64,000 nt of DNA from Candidatus Binatia bacterium. GTDB lineage: Bacteria > Desulfobacterota > Binatia > HRBIN30. Each line of letters starts with the position of its first letter. Position 1 is the stretch's first letter. The notes under the pieces were generated by a model. That model had not been told where the DNA came from. It ran no database searches and saw only the letters and a program-made list of their open reading frames with translations. The stretch spans positions 128,001 through 192,000 of the forward strand of contig JBBRSP010000003.1 in assembly GCA_038245295.1 (NCBI GenBank), in the 5' to 3' direction. The position numbers and the translations under genes are program-made. Shown here one piece after another: positions 42,246 to 52,200 of this stretch.

Positions 42246-43748
42246 ATGGGGCCGGTATCGCGAGCGTCGATGGTCGGCGTCTTGGCGTTCCTGGTCCTCG
42301 CCCCATCTGTCGTGGCGGCGGCGCCGGCCGTCGAGGCCCGCGCCGCGTTCGATGCCTTGCAGGCGCAGCGCTGCGCCGAGGCGGCGGAACGCTTCGAGGC
42401 AATTCTCAAAGTCTCCTCAGACAACGTCGCCGCGCAGTATGGTCGCGGCTTGGCAAGCAAATGCTTGGGCGAGTTCGACGCCGCGGCGCGTGATCTGCTT
42501 GTCGTTGCGAAAAAGTGGCCGGAACGTCTGGACGTGGCATTCGAGCTCGGCGCCGCCCTTACCAGCGCCGGCGCCTATCAGGACGCCAAACCCTGGCTGC
42601 TGCAGGCGCAGGCCGTGCCGCATCTGGAGGGGCCAGCCGCGCTGCTGCTCGGCCTGGGCGAGCTCCGACTCGGCAACCTCGAAGCCGCCAAGCTACGGTT
42701 CACGCAGGCGCGTTTGCGGTCGCCGCAGCTGGCTGGTCAGGCGAACTACTACTCCGGCGTTGCCGAGCTCCGACTCGGAAACCTGGATGCGGCCAAGGTA
42801 CTCTTCGAGGCCGTCCTGGCGGATACCAGCGACAGCGGCCTGCGGCGCGAGGCTATGGCCTTTGTGTCGACCCTGTCGGCGCCCCGGCCCCGCCCTTGGC
42901 GTCTGTTTGGAAGTGCCGGCATGGAGTACGACAGCAACATCATCTTGGCGCCGCTCGACCAGAAACTCTCGGGTGTGAGCGGAGCGCAGCAGGACGATGG
43001 GCGGGCCACGGTGCGAGCCGGCGCCAACTACACACTACTCAACACCGGGCGGGCCAGTCTCTCGGCGGGGTACTCGTTCTTCCAGAGTCTTCATTTTACC
43101 CTGCACGACTTCAACCTGCAGAGTCATCAGGCGAGCGGCGAGTTGAGCTCCGACATTGGTTGGGCAAGGTTCAACGTGAGCGCCGACTATCAGTTCTATC
43201 TGCGTACGGCCGACCTACGCGGCTTTCTGCATCAATGGTCGGTGCGGCCAGCATTCCGCAAAGACCTGGGGAGCTGGGGCATCAGTGAGGTAAGTTTCCG
43301 CTATCGCGGTCGCCATTTCATCGAAGACGGCTTTAGCGATCTCGATGGCACGGGCCTGGCGCCCGGTGCGCGGCATACCTTCTGGCTCGGCAGCCACGAC
43401 CGCTCTTTATCTCTTGGGTATCAGTTCGAAGAAGAAGATGTGAACTCGCAGAACGATCCGCTGCCGTTCTCCAATGAGGCCCACACCGGCCTGGTCGAGT
43501 TCTCGTGGGCTCTACCGGCACAGATACAGGCCGGGGCGCTGTATTCGTACACCTATCGCGACTATCCACGGACGGACCGGCCGCATCGGCGCGACTCGGC
43601 GAACTCGATCTCGGTCGTTTTGCAGCGGCCCATGCTCGAACACGTGGATCTGGTTCTTGGGTATCTTGGGGTGTTCAACGAGTCGAATGAGGCGGTGTTT
43701 CAGTACGAACGCCACGTCGCCGCCGTGGCAATTTCGGTGTGGTACTGA
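42246..43748 (+). CDS. TPR-domain outer-membrane beta-barrel protein (DUF560/Slam-like architecture)
   Basis: N-terminal TPR-like helices; GMEYDSNI motif; amphipathic strands; C-terminal VAISVWY. Start uncertain. Confidence 0.75.
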   Translation: MGPVSRASMVGVLAFLVLAPSVVAAAPAVEARAAFDALQAQRCAEAAERFEAILKVSSDNVAAQYGRGLASKCLGEFDAAARDLLVVAKKWPERLDVAFELGAALTSAGAYQDAKPWLLQAQAVPHLEGPAALLLGLGELRLGNLEAAKLRFTQARLRSPQLAGQANYYSGVAELRLGNLDAAKVLFEAVLADTSDSGLRREAMAFVSTLSAPRPRPWRLFGSAGMEYDSNIILAPLDQKLSGVSGAQQDDGRATVRAGANYTLLNTGRASLSAGYSFFQSLHFTLHDFNLQSHQASGELSSDIGWARFNVSADYQFYLRTADLRGFLHQWSVRPAFRKDLGSWGISEVSFRYRGRHFIEDGFSDLDGTGLAPGARHTFWLGSHDRSLSLGYQFEEEDVNSQNDPLPFSNEAHTGLVEFSWALPAQIQAGALYSYTYRDYPRTDRPHRRDSANSISVVLQRPMLEHVDLVLGYLGVFNESNEAVFQYERHVAAVAISVWY

Positions 43749-43840
43749 ACTTGCGTAGTGGAGTGGTTAATCGCACGCGGCTAGGCTGCCTCGCGCGGAA
43801 AGTGTTTCAATTGAGACATCGGCGCGACATTCGCGACTCG

Positions 43841-44740
43841 ATGGTGAGACAGAGAGGGATTTGCTTGGCACAGCGGTGGTTCCAGACGATTGGCGTGCTC
43901 CAGCTAGCGTTGAGCCTTTGGCTCGTCACGCCGGCGGCGCCTGTGCTGGCTGATACTTCGGTCGGCGTCATCGTCGAGCTCACCGGTGCCGCCGAGGTGC
44001 GCAGCCGAGACAGCTGGCAGCCTATTAGCGTCGGCAGCTCTGTGGTGGTTGGTAGTGCGCTGCGCACAGGCCCCGAAAGCCTGATGCGCGCCGTTTTCTA
44101 CGATGGCTCGAGTCTTTCCTTCGAGCGCGACACCGAAGTTGTCATCGACGAGCATTCGTTTGATAGCGACAGCGGCCACTATCGTGCCCGCATCCGTCTG
44201 GTGCGCGGGAAGATCCGCCCGACGGTCGAACCGCAGGACGGCAAAACCGCCGCCTTTGAGATTGCAGCCGACAGCGTCACCGCCGATGCCGACGGAGCCG
44301 ACTTCATCGTCGAGTTCGACGAGCCCTCGGCTGTCACCAAGGTCACCAGCCTGCGAGGGCAGGTCGCCATCCACAGCTCCCTGGACCCAAGCAACTCCGA
44401 TGTCTTGATCACGGCGCGCCAGGTAACCAGCGTCAAGCGCGGTGAGGCTCCGGCCCCGGCACGTGCCGCCGACCGTCTGACCTTCTCTCAAGCCGGTGCG
44501 GAAAACGGTGTGCTCGGCAGCAGCTTGCCGGACGCGGCGATCTGGTCGCACCTGCTCGGGCCGATTGCCCACGGGCACGACGTGACGTCAACCGTTCTGC
44601 AGCAGCAACCACTGAACGGCACCGCCGAAGCGCGCCGTGCCAACTCGGTAAGCTCCGGCAACGACATGAGCTCGCTCACCGGTCGCCCGGCCAACCTGCC
44701 GGGCCAACTCGACTTCGGTATCATCGTCGGCCACCGCTGA
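43841..44740 (+). CDS. FecR-domain protein
   Basis: Signal peptide; LRTGPES..RAVFYDGS; RLVRGKIR; DFIVE; SLRGQV. Confidence 0.75.
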   Translation: MVRQRGICLAQRWFQTIGVLQLALSLWLVTPAAPVLADTSVGVIVELTGAAEVRSRDSWQPISVGSSVVVGSALRTGPESLMRAVFYDGSSLSFERDTEVVIDEHSFDSDSGHYRARIRLVRGKIRPTVEPQDGKTAAFEIAADSVTADADGADFIVEFDEPSAVTKVTSLRGQVAIHSSLDPSNSDVLITARQVTSVKRGEAPAPARAADRLTFSQAGAENGVLGSSLPDAAIWSHLLGPIAHGHDVTSTVLQQQPLNGTAEARRANSVSSGNDMSSLTGRPANLPGQLDFGIIVGHR

Positions 44741-44867
44741 CACCGCCGGCAACGATGCGGCGCCACCTCTGGCGCGCCAGCGCATCGTTGCGACACGGAT
44801 TGCATCTTCGCTAAATCTTCGATAGGCGAAATGTTCTTCCGATGTAGAGGTGAGGGAGATGTGGCCC

Positions 44868-45473
44868 ATGACAACGTTGACCAAACGACAGAAGCAATTA
44901 CTCGACTATCTCGACGAGTACATCGTCGCCCACGGCATCGCGCCGACCTTCGAGGAGATCGGCGAGCACTTTCATCTCTCTTCCCCTGCCACCGTTCATA
45001 AGCACCTCTCCAATCTCGAAGAGAAGGGCGTCATCCGGCGCAAATGGAATTTCAGTCGGGCCATCGAAATTGTCCGGCGCAAGCCTGCTGGGCGGGCTGT
45101 TGCGTTGCCCTTACTCGGCTCCGTCGCTGCCGGTCGTCCCATCGAAGCGTTGGAGACCGAGGAGTCCTTCGTCGTCCCGGAGGAGTTCGTGCGCCGCCGC
45201 AATACTTTTGTATTGCGGGTGAAAGGCGAGTCGATGATCGATGAAGGTATCTGCGATGGTGACTACGTCGTCGTCGAAGAGCGTCAAAGCGCCGAGAACG
45301 GCGAGACGGTCGTTGCCGTCATCAACGGCGCAGCGACCGTCAAGAAGTTCTATCGCGAAAGCGGCGATCGTGTCCGCCTGCAGCCGGCCAACGAGCGCCT
45401 CGTTCCGATAGTCGTTGCTGCCGCCGATCTGGAGATTCGCGGCGTGGTCGTCGCGGTGATGCGCAAGTACTGA
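44868..45473 (+). CDS. lexA: SOS repressor LexA
   Basis: LTKRQ wHTH; VAAG cleavage site; GESM serine; TVKK lysine; RBS GAGGGAG. Confidence 0.96.
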   Translation: MTTLTKRQKQLLDYLDEYIVAHGIAPTFEEIGEHFHLSSPATVHKHLSNLEEKGVIRRKWNFSRAIEIVRRKPAGRAVALPLLGSVAAGRPIEALETEESFVVPEEFVRRRNTFVLRVKGESMIDEGICDGDYVVVEERQSAENGETVVAVINGAATVKKFYRESGDRVRLQPANERLVPIVVAAADLEIRGVVVAVMRKY

Positions 45474-45529
45474 GTTGGGTCGGACGTGTCCGGCAGGGGG
45501 CCGGGCGTATGACTCAAAAAGGTACCCAT

Positions 45530-46555
45530 TCAATGTGAGTGGCGGTGGTGCAGGTCGGGCCAGTGCGGGTGCGCGTGCACGAGTGGTTTGTGCTGATGTT
45601 GATGCGTGTGTGCCCCCGCCGGTGGTTCGGCATGCTCATGCACGTGATGGCCATCGTCGTGGGTATGGGCGTGGATATGGTCGGCAGCGTCGTGTGCGTG
45701 CGCATGGAGGTGCTGACTACGCATCAATAGCGCCACCGAAAGCAGGAAGAGTAGGGCGGCACCCACCTGTCGCGTCGAGACGACTTCGCCGAGGAAGAGC
45801 ACGGATGACGCGGCGCCGAGAAAGGGTGCACTGGCGAACACCGCTTGGGCGCGCGTAGCTCCCAAGCGCTGGGCGGCGGCGACGTGTAAGGCGATACTCG
45901 CCCCGTAGGAGACCGCGCCGACGGCCAGCGCTGCTGCCACCGTCGACCAGGAAGCGTGCAGCGGCGCAACCGCACAGCCGATCAACAGGTTCGCACCGCC
46001 GGCCAAGGTTCCTTTCCACAAGGTGCTGCGGATCGGTGTCATACCGTCGATCAGCGCCGAAAGATGGTTGTCCAATCCCCAGCAGACACAGGCGCCGCCA
46101 ACCAGCACCAGGGCCATCCAGCCCGCCATGCCGGCGTCGCCGCTCAAGAGCAGGCTCGAGAGTACGACTCCCGATACGGCGACCCAGCCGAGGCCTCCCA
46201 GGTGCTCATGGAAGAGGGCGACACCAAGCACCGCCGTGGCAATCATCTCAGCATTCAAGAGCAGCGAGACGGTCGTCGCCGTCGTCATCTGTAACGCCAG
46301 CAGCAACAAGATCGGCGCGACGATTCCTCCGAAGACGATGACGCCAGCCAGACGCCAGCGGTTGACGCGATCGAGACCGGCTCTCTGAGCCCGCGGCGGG
46401 GCGACCAAGGACAGCGGAAGCATGCCCAATGCCGCGCCGACATAGAGAAGTCCCGCGAGTTGCAGCGGTTGCAGGGATTGGAGCAGAACCTTACTTGCCG
46501 GCGCCGAGGCGCCGAAGAGTAGGGCGGCGGTGAAGGCCAGCAGGAGGCCGTACAT
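45530..46555 (-). CDS. EamA/DMT transporter with His-rich C-terminal tail
   Basis: About 10 TM helices; SLLLNAE; CWGLDN; tail HAHPHWPDLHHRHSH. Confidence 0.88.
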   Translation of the reverse strand: MYGLLLAFTAALLFGASAPASKVLLQSLQPLQLAGLLYVGAALGMLPLSLVAPPRAQRAGLDRVNRWRLAGVIVFGGIVAPILLLLALQMTTATTVSLLLNAEMIATAVLGVALFHEHLGGLGWVAVSGVVLSSLLLSGDAGMAGWMALVLVGGACVCWGLDNHLSALIDGMTPIRSTLWKGTLAGGANLLIGCAVAPLHASWSTVAAALAVGAVSYGASIALHVAAAQRLGATRAQAVFASAPFLGAASSVLFLGEVVSTRQVGAALLFLLSVALLMRSQHLHAHAHDAADHIHAHTHDDGHHVHEHAEPPAGAHTHQHQHKPLVHAHPHWPDLHHRHSH

Positions 46556-46586
46556 GGTAGGAACCTACCACAGGAAGCAGATCAGC

Positions 46587-47732
46587 CTAAAGGAACGAGG
46601 CGAAGATGGTATCGGCGATGCGCAACCCCTTCTGCGTCAGTCGCCAGGCCCGCTCGTGGCATTCGACGAGACCTTCCTCGATGAATGCTTCGACGTGTGG
46701 GAAAGCCTGAAGGAACGACAGCCGGAACAAGCGCTCGAAGACGTGCGAGTCGAACCCGTCGCGGCAGCGTAATGCGAGAAAGACAAACTCACCTTGCGCT
46801 TGCCGTGGGTTGAGCGCCTCGTGTTGTGCCTGCGCCGCACCGCTGCTGCTCGCCCGTTCCATGTACCGCGCGGGGTTGCGTTCGTTACCCCAGCGCTCGC
46901 CGTGTGGTTGCACCGGCGCATACGAATGAGCGCCGGCACCGACGCCGAGATAGCCGCCATACTGCCAATAGTTCAGATTGTGACGACAGGCGCGCCCAGG
47001 CCGCGCGTAGTTCGAGATCTCGTACTGCGCGTATCCGGCGTTCGCCAGACGTTCTTGGGTTTCGTCGAACATCGCCAGCTCGAGATCTTCGTCGAGTTGT
47101 TTCAATCGCCCCTGACCACGCCAGGCATGGAACGGGGTGCCTTCTTCGTACGTCAGGTTGTAGGCGGAGATGTGATCGGTCTCGAGCGCCAGGGCTTCGC
47201 GCAAGTCGTCGCGCCATTCGTCGAGGCTCTGATGTGGCAGCGCGTAGATGAGATCCAAGCTGACGTTGTCGAACCCGGCGGCGCGTGCCCAACGCACCGC
47301 TTGGCGTGCTTCATCGGCGCTATGAATGCGGCCGAGCCGGGCCAGATGTTGCGACTGAAACGATTGCACGCCGAAGCTCATTCGATTCACCCCGGCGGCG
47401 CGAAAACCGCCGAGCATGTTCTCGAGGAGCGTGCCGGGATTTGCCTCGAGGGTGATCTCCGCGCCCGACTCGATCGCCCACAGTGTTGCCACGGTGTCGA
47501 GGACCTGGGCGATGGATGCCGGCGCAAACAGCGAGGGTGTGCCGCCGCCGAAGAAGATCGTCGGAATGCTGCCGCAGCTCCATTCTGGTCGCCCGGCGTA
47601 GTGTTTCATCTCGGCGCAAAGGGCCGCCACGTAGTCGGCTTCTGGCCACCGATCAGCGGCGTACGAATTGAAATCGCAATACGGACACTTGGCGAGGCAG
47701 TAGGGAATATGGATGTAGAGCCCGAAGCGCAC
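46587..47732 (-). CDS. hemW: Radical SAM heme chaperone HemW
   Basis: LYIHIPYCLAKCPYCDF; FGGGTPS; YEISNY; HNLNYW. Confidence 0.92.
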   Translation of the reverse strand: MRFGLYIHIPYCLAKCPYCDFNSYAADRWPEADYVAALCAEMKHYAGRPEWSCGSIPTIFFGGGTPSLFAPASIAQVLDTVATLWAIESGAEITLEANPGTLLENMLGGFRAAGVNRMSFGVQSFQSQHLARLGRIHSADEARQAVRWARAAGFDNVSLDLIYALPHQSLDEWRDDLREALALETDHISAYNLTYEEGTPFHAWRGQGRLKQLDEDLELAMFDETQERLANAGYAQYEISNYARPGRACRHNLNYWQYGGYLGVGAGAHSYAPVQPHGERWGNERNPARYMERASSSGAAQAQHEALNPRQAQGEFVFLALRCRDGFDSHVFERLFRLSFLQAFPHVEAFIEEGLVECHERAWRLTQKGLRIADTIFASFL

Positions 47733-48020
47733 GTCGCCACTCTAGCGGCGGACACTGCGGTGTGCAGGGTGTGCCCGACCAAACTAGATCGTCGCGGCGA
47801 GCAACTACTCGACCGGCTGCGGCGCCGGCTGTTTGATCAGTTCGCCGGTAGCCGGATCGAGGTTGATCATGGCCGTAACGAGCGGCAGGCTCGCGGTTCG
47901 AATCGGGTAAAAGGCCGCGGCGATCATCTTGTGCGCGACGGTTAGGCCACCTATGAGTTGCCCGATCGTGATCGGCAATTACTCTATCCAGGCTAGCCTC
48001 GTCGAGGAGCGCTCGCCGGC

Positions 48021-48896
48021 ATGCTGAAGGGTATCCTCCTGGCCGGCGGCTCGGGCAGTCGGCTGTATCCGCTGACGCGCGGCATCAGCAAGCAACTGAT
48101 GCCGGTGTACGACAAGCCGATGATTTACTATCCGCTGTCAACCTTGATGCTCGCCGGCATCCGCGAGATCGCCGTGATCACCACGCCGCATGAACAGTCG
48201 AGTTTCCAGCGCCTGCTCGGTGATGGCAGTGACCTCGGTCTCTCCTTGCAGTACTTCACGCAAGCGCGCCCGGGCGGTATCGCCGAAGCATTCCTGATTG
48301 CCAGGCAGTTCATTGGCAGCGACGCGGTCGCCCTCGCTCTGGGTGACAATCTCTACTATGGCCACGGCCTTCCCGATGTCCTGCGCGCGGCGGCGGCGCG
48401 GACACGTGGTGCGACGATCTTTGGCTACTGGGTAAAGGATCCGGAGCGCTACGGCGTGGTTGAGTTTGATGCCCAGGGCAACGCGATCGATCTCGTCGAG
48501 AAACCCGTTGCCCCCCGATCGCCCTACGCGGTTACCGGGCTCTACTTCTACGACAACGACGTCGTCCGCATTGCGACCGATCTGAAACCGTCCCCGCGCG
48601 GCGAGCTCGAGATCACCGACGTCAACCGCGTCTACCTGCAGGCCGGCACCCTCCACGTCGAGCGTCTGGGGCGTGGCTACGCCTGGCTCGATACCGGAAC
48701 CCATGAAGCGCTGTTGCAGGCTTCGAACTTCATCCATGCTCTCGAGGAGCGCACCGGGCTCAAGGTCGCCTGTATCGAGGAGATCGCCTTTCGCATGGGG
48801 TACATTTCCAAGGATGCCCTGTTGCGGCTGGCGCGGGCGATGGAGCAGAGCAGTTACGGCCAATATCTCTTGCGTGTTGTCGAGCAGCCTCATTAA
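48021..48896 (+). CDS. rfbA: Glucose-1-phosphate thymidylyltransferase
   Basis: [30 protein letters not shown]. Confidence 0.97.
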   Translation: MLKGILLAGGSGSRLYPLTRGISKQLMPVYDKPMIYYPLSTLMLAGIREIAVITTPHEQSSFQRLLGDGSDLGLSLQYFTQARPGGIAEAFLIARQFIGSDAVALALGDNLYYGHGLPDVLRAAAARTRGATIFGYWVKDPERYGVVEFDAQGNAIDLVEKPVAPRSPYAVTGLYFYDNDVVRIATDLKPSPRGELEITDVNRVYLQAGTLHVERLGRGYAWLDTGTHEALLQASNFIHALEERTGLKVACIEEIAFRMGYISKDALLRLARAMEQSSYGQYLLRVVEQPH

Positions 48897-48914
48897 CCCC
48901 AATGCGACAAAAGG

Positions 48915-49069
48915 TCTCACCGCAGAGGGGCAGAGCGCGCAGAGGCCCTGCGCGGGAATGCCCTGCCGTGTCCGCAGCCGCTCAGTTCATTTTGAAGGAT
49001 GTTTGGTTTCCTCGTTCGATACGCGCTTTTGGCGGCGCTCTCTACGGCCCTGCGCCTCTGCGGTTAAGA
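48915..49069. repeat. Imperfect long inverted repeat (MITE/REP-like)
   Basis: CACCGCAGAGGGGCAGAG (48918) versus CCCTGCGCCTCTGCGGTT (ending 49065). Confidence 0.7.
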
Positions 49070-49276
49070 ATGAGACTGTCACATCAGGGTGAAGTTTCGC
49101 CGAACGCCTTTTCGCAAGCCGCGAGGCAACCGGATGCGTGCTCGACGTGCCACAAGCTGCGGAATTTTGCCGCTGTTCCCGTCGATGCGCCGCCAAGATA
49201 GTTGGTTGACCGGCAGACACACGCGGGCATACATTGTGCGTTCGGTGGGGTGGGAGTTGTGTTGATTGAAACCTTG

Positions 49277-52200
49277 ATGATGAGAATCTCGCGTCGTTCG
49301 CTTCACAGTCTGGCCATCGGCCTGCTTTGGTTCAGCTGCGCCAACCCGGCGCTGGCGGCGACGGCTCGCCTGGCACCTTCAACCGCCACCATCAACGGCA
49401 CCGGGCCGAGCGCCTCGACCACAATGGTTCTGACCGTCGACGGTCCGGCCGGCATTCTCGGCTATAATTTCGCCCTGATCTACGATCCCACCATCCTGTC
49501 CGTCCCGCCCGGTAATGTTACCGCCGGCAGCAGCGTCGGTGGCAGTTGCCTGTTCGTCGGCAACTCCAGCGTCGATGGAAAGCTGTGTCTGACGGTTGGC
49601 TGCACGACGGAGTTGGCCGGCGCTTCGGTTCAATTGGCCAATATCGAGTTCGACGGCGATATGAGTGGCGTCAGTGCCGTGCAGTTCGACCCGAGCGGCT
49701 GCACCAGCCCCGTGGCCAGCGATGGCTGCCAATTGGAGACGTCGTCCGGTACCGTGCCGTGCACCAATATGGACGGCAGCGTCACGGTGAATGCGGCAAC
49801 CCCGACGTTCACCATCGGCCTCACGGCAACCCCGACTCGCACGGCGACGCGGACGCCGACGTCCACGCCAACCTCGACCCCCACCCAAACTCCGACCTTT
49901 ACCCGCACGTCAACGCCAACCCGCACGCCGACCAATACGTCGACGCCGACACAAACACCGACCAACACACCGAGCTCGACTCGCACGTCGACACCGACGC
50001 TGACCCCAACCCGCACTCCCACCTCGACCGCGACGCGCACCCCAACGTTCACCCCGTCGGTCACGCCGACGTCGAGCGGCACGCCGACCCAGACGCCGAC
50101 GGCTACACCGTCGCGCACGCCGACCTCGACGTTCAGCCCGACGTCGACCTTCTTGCCGTCCAATACGCCGACGCAAACCCCGACAAACACCTCGTCGCCG
50201 ACCTTCACCTCGACGCCGACGGCGACGCCAACCTGGACAGCCAGCCGCACGCCGACACAAACATCGACCCGTACGGCTTCCTCGACACCAACCTCGACCC
50301 CGACCTTGACGCCATCGCGCACGCCGACGTCGACGGCCACCATCACGGCCACACCGACCAATACGCCAACCGGTACGCCGACCAAGACGCCGACCTCCAC
50401 CCCGACGTTGACGCCGTCGCGTACGCCGACCTCGACGGCCACGATCACAGCCACACCGACCGATACGCCAACCGGTACGCCGACCAGGACGCCAACATCG
50501 ACGCCAACGTCGACTCAGACGCCGACGCAAACCAGCACGACGACACAGACAGCGACCCGAACCGCTACGGCAACGCCAACCTCGACGCCGACGCAGACCG
50601 CGTCGCGAACGCCCACCGTCACGCTGACTCCGACATCGACGCGGACGCCGACGTTGACGCCTACCATCACAGGCACCGCGACGGATACGCCGACCCAGAC
50701 ATCAACGGCGACACAAACGCCGACGATCACCGCGAGCATCACCCGGACACCAACAATCACCGCAACGCCAACACGTACAGTGACCGGAACACTGCCGCCG
50801 ACAAATACGCCGAGTCAGACCGGGACCCGGACGCAGACCGGGACGGCGACGCAAACACCGACGAACACGCCAACCAACACGGCCACGTCGACGCGAACGC
50901 CCACGGCGACGCCGACCGCGTCGCCGTCGCGTACGCCTAGCGTGACGCAAACGCCGAGCCTCACACCCACGGGTACGCAGCCGCCGACGGAAACGCCGAC
51001 CAGGACGAATACACCGACACAGACGAGCACCGTCACCGCGACGAATACGCCGACCAAAACGGCGACAGCGACGCAAACCGCGACTCCGACACACATCCCG
51101 ACACAAACCGCCAGCCGCACGGCGACGATTTCGGCAACCCCTTCGCCGTCGCGTACTAGCACCGCGACCGCATCGCCAACCCGCAGCCCGAGCGGCACTC
51201 AGTTGCCGACCAGCACGCCAACGGTAACCGGAACGTCGACGTCGACACCGACTTCGACTAACACGGCGACGCCGACGGTGACGAACACGTCGACGCCGAC
51301 GCGGACGCCGACGATCACCGCGACCGCGACGATCACGCATACGCCAACGAGCTCGCCAACGGTCACGTTGACCGTAACCGGCACGCAACCCGCGACGGCA
51401 ACGCCGACGCGCACCGGCACGCCGACTTCGACGGCCTCGCGCACGCCCAGCCCGACGATAACGTCGACCCCCTCGCGCACTCCGACTCTGACCCCGAGCA
51501 CCACCGGCACGGCGACCGGCACACGAACCCAAACGGCAACAGTGACGGCGACGATCACACGCACGGCGACCAACACCCCGACCAGCAGCTTGACGCCGAG
51601 TGCGACACGTACCGCAACCCAGTCACCTTCAGCCTCGGTGCCGGCGACGTCGACCGTAACGTTGACGCCGCGTCCAACATCGACCGGCACGCCAGAGCCA
51701 TCATCGACGCCAACTCAGACGGGCACACGCACGGCCACGCCATCGCCGAGCCATACCGCAACGACGACACCGACCCCTTCGTCTACGCCAACGGCTACGC
51801 CGAGCCCAACCGCGTCACCGTCTCCGACATCGACGCCGACGGAGACATCGACGCCGACGCAAACCGCCACACCGACAGCCACGACCACTGGTCCGACAGC
51901 GACGTTCACCAAGCCGCCGACAATCACGCCGACCGAGACCAGTGCACCCGAGGCGAGTCCGACCCGTAGCGTGACGCGTACGCCGAGTGGCACGTTCACC
52001 CCCACCGATTCGCCTGTGCCAACCGGTACACGCTCGCCGAACCCGTCGCGAACCTTCACGATGACGCCAACGGCGACCAATACGGAAACGCCGACATTTA
52101 CGTTCACGGTGCGACCGACGTCGACGCCGACGACGACTCGTTCGGAAACACCGACCGAAACTCCCGTGCCGCAGTCTGCAACCCCGACGTTCACGAAACC

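Noticed and set aside
41240..42460. Track's 406-aa version of the binding protein and other extended N-termini (2210, 3799, 32447, 36321, 49202)
   Set aside because: The extensions overlap neighbouring genes or precede obvious signal peptides or RBS-supported starts.
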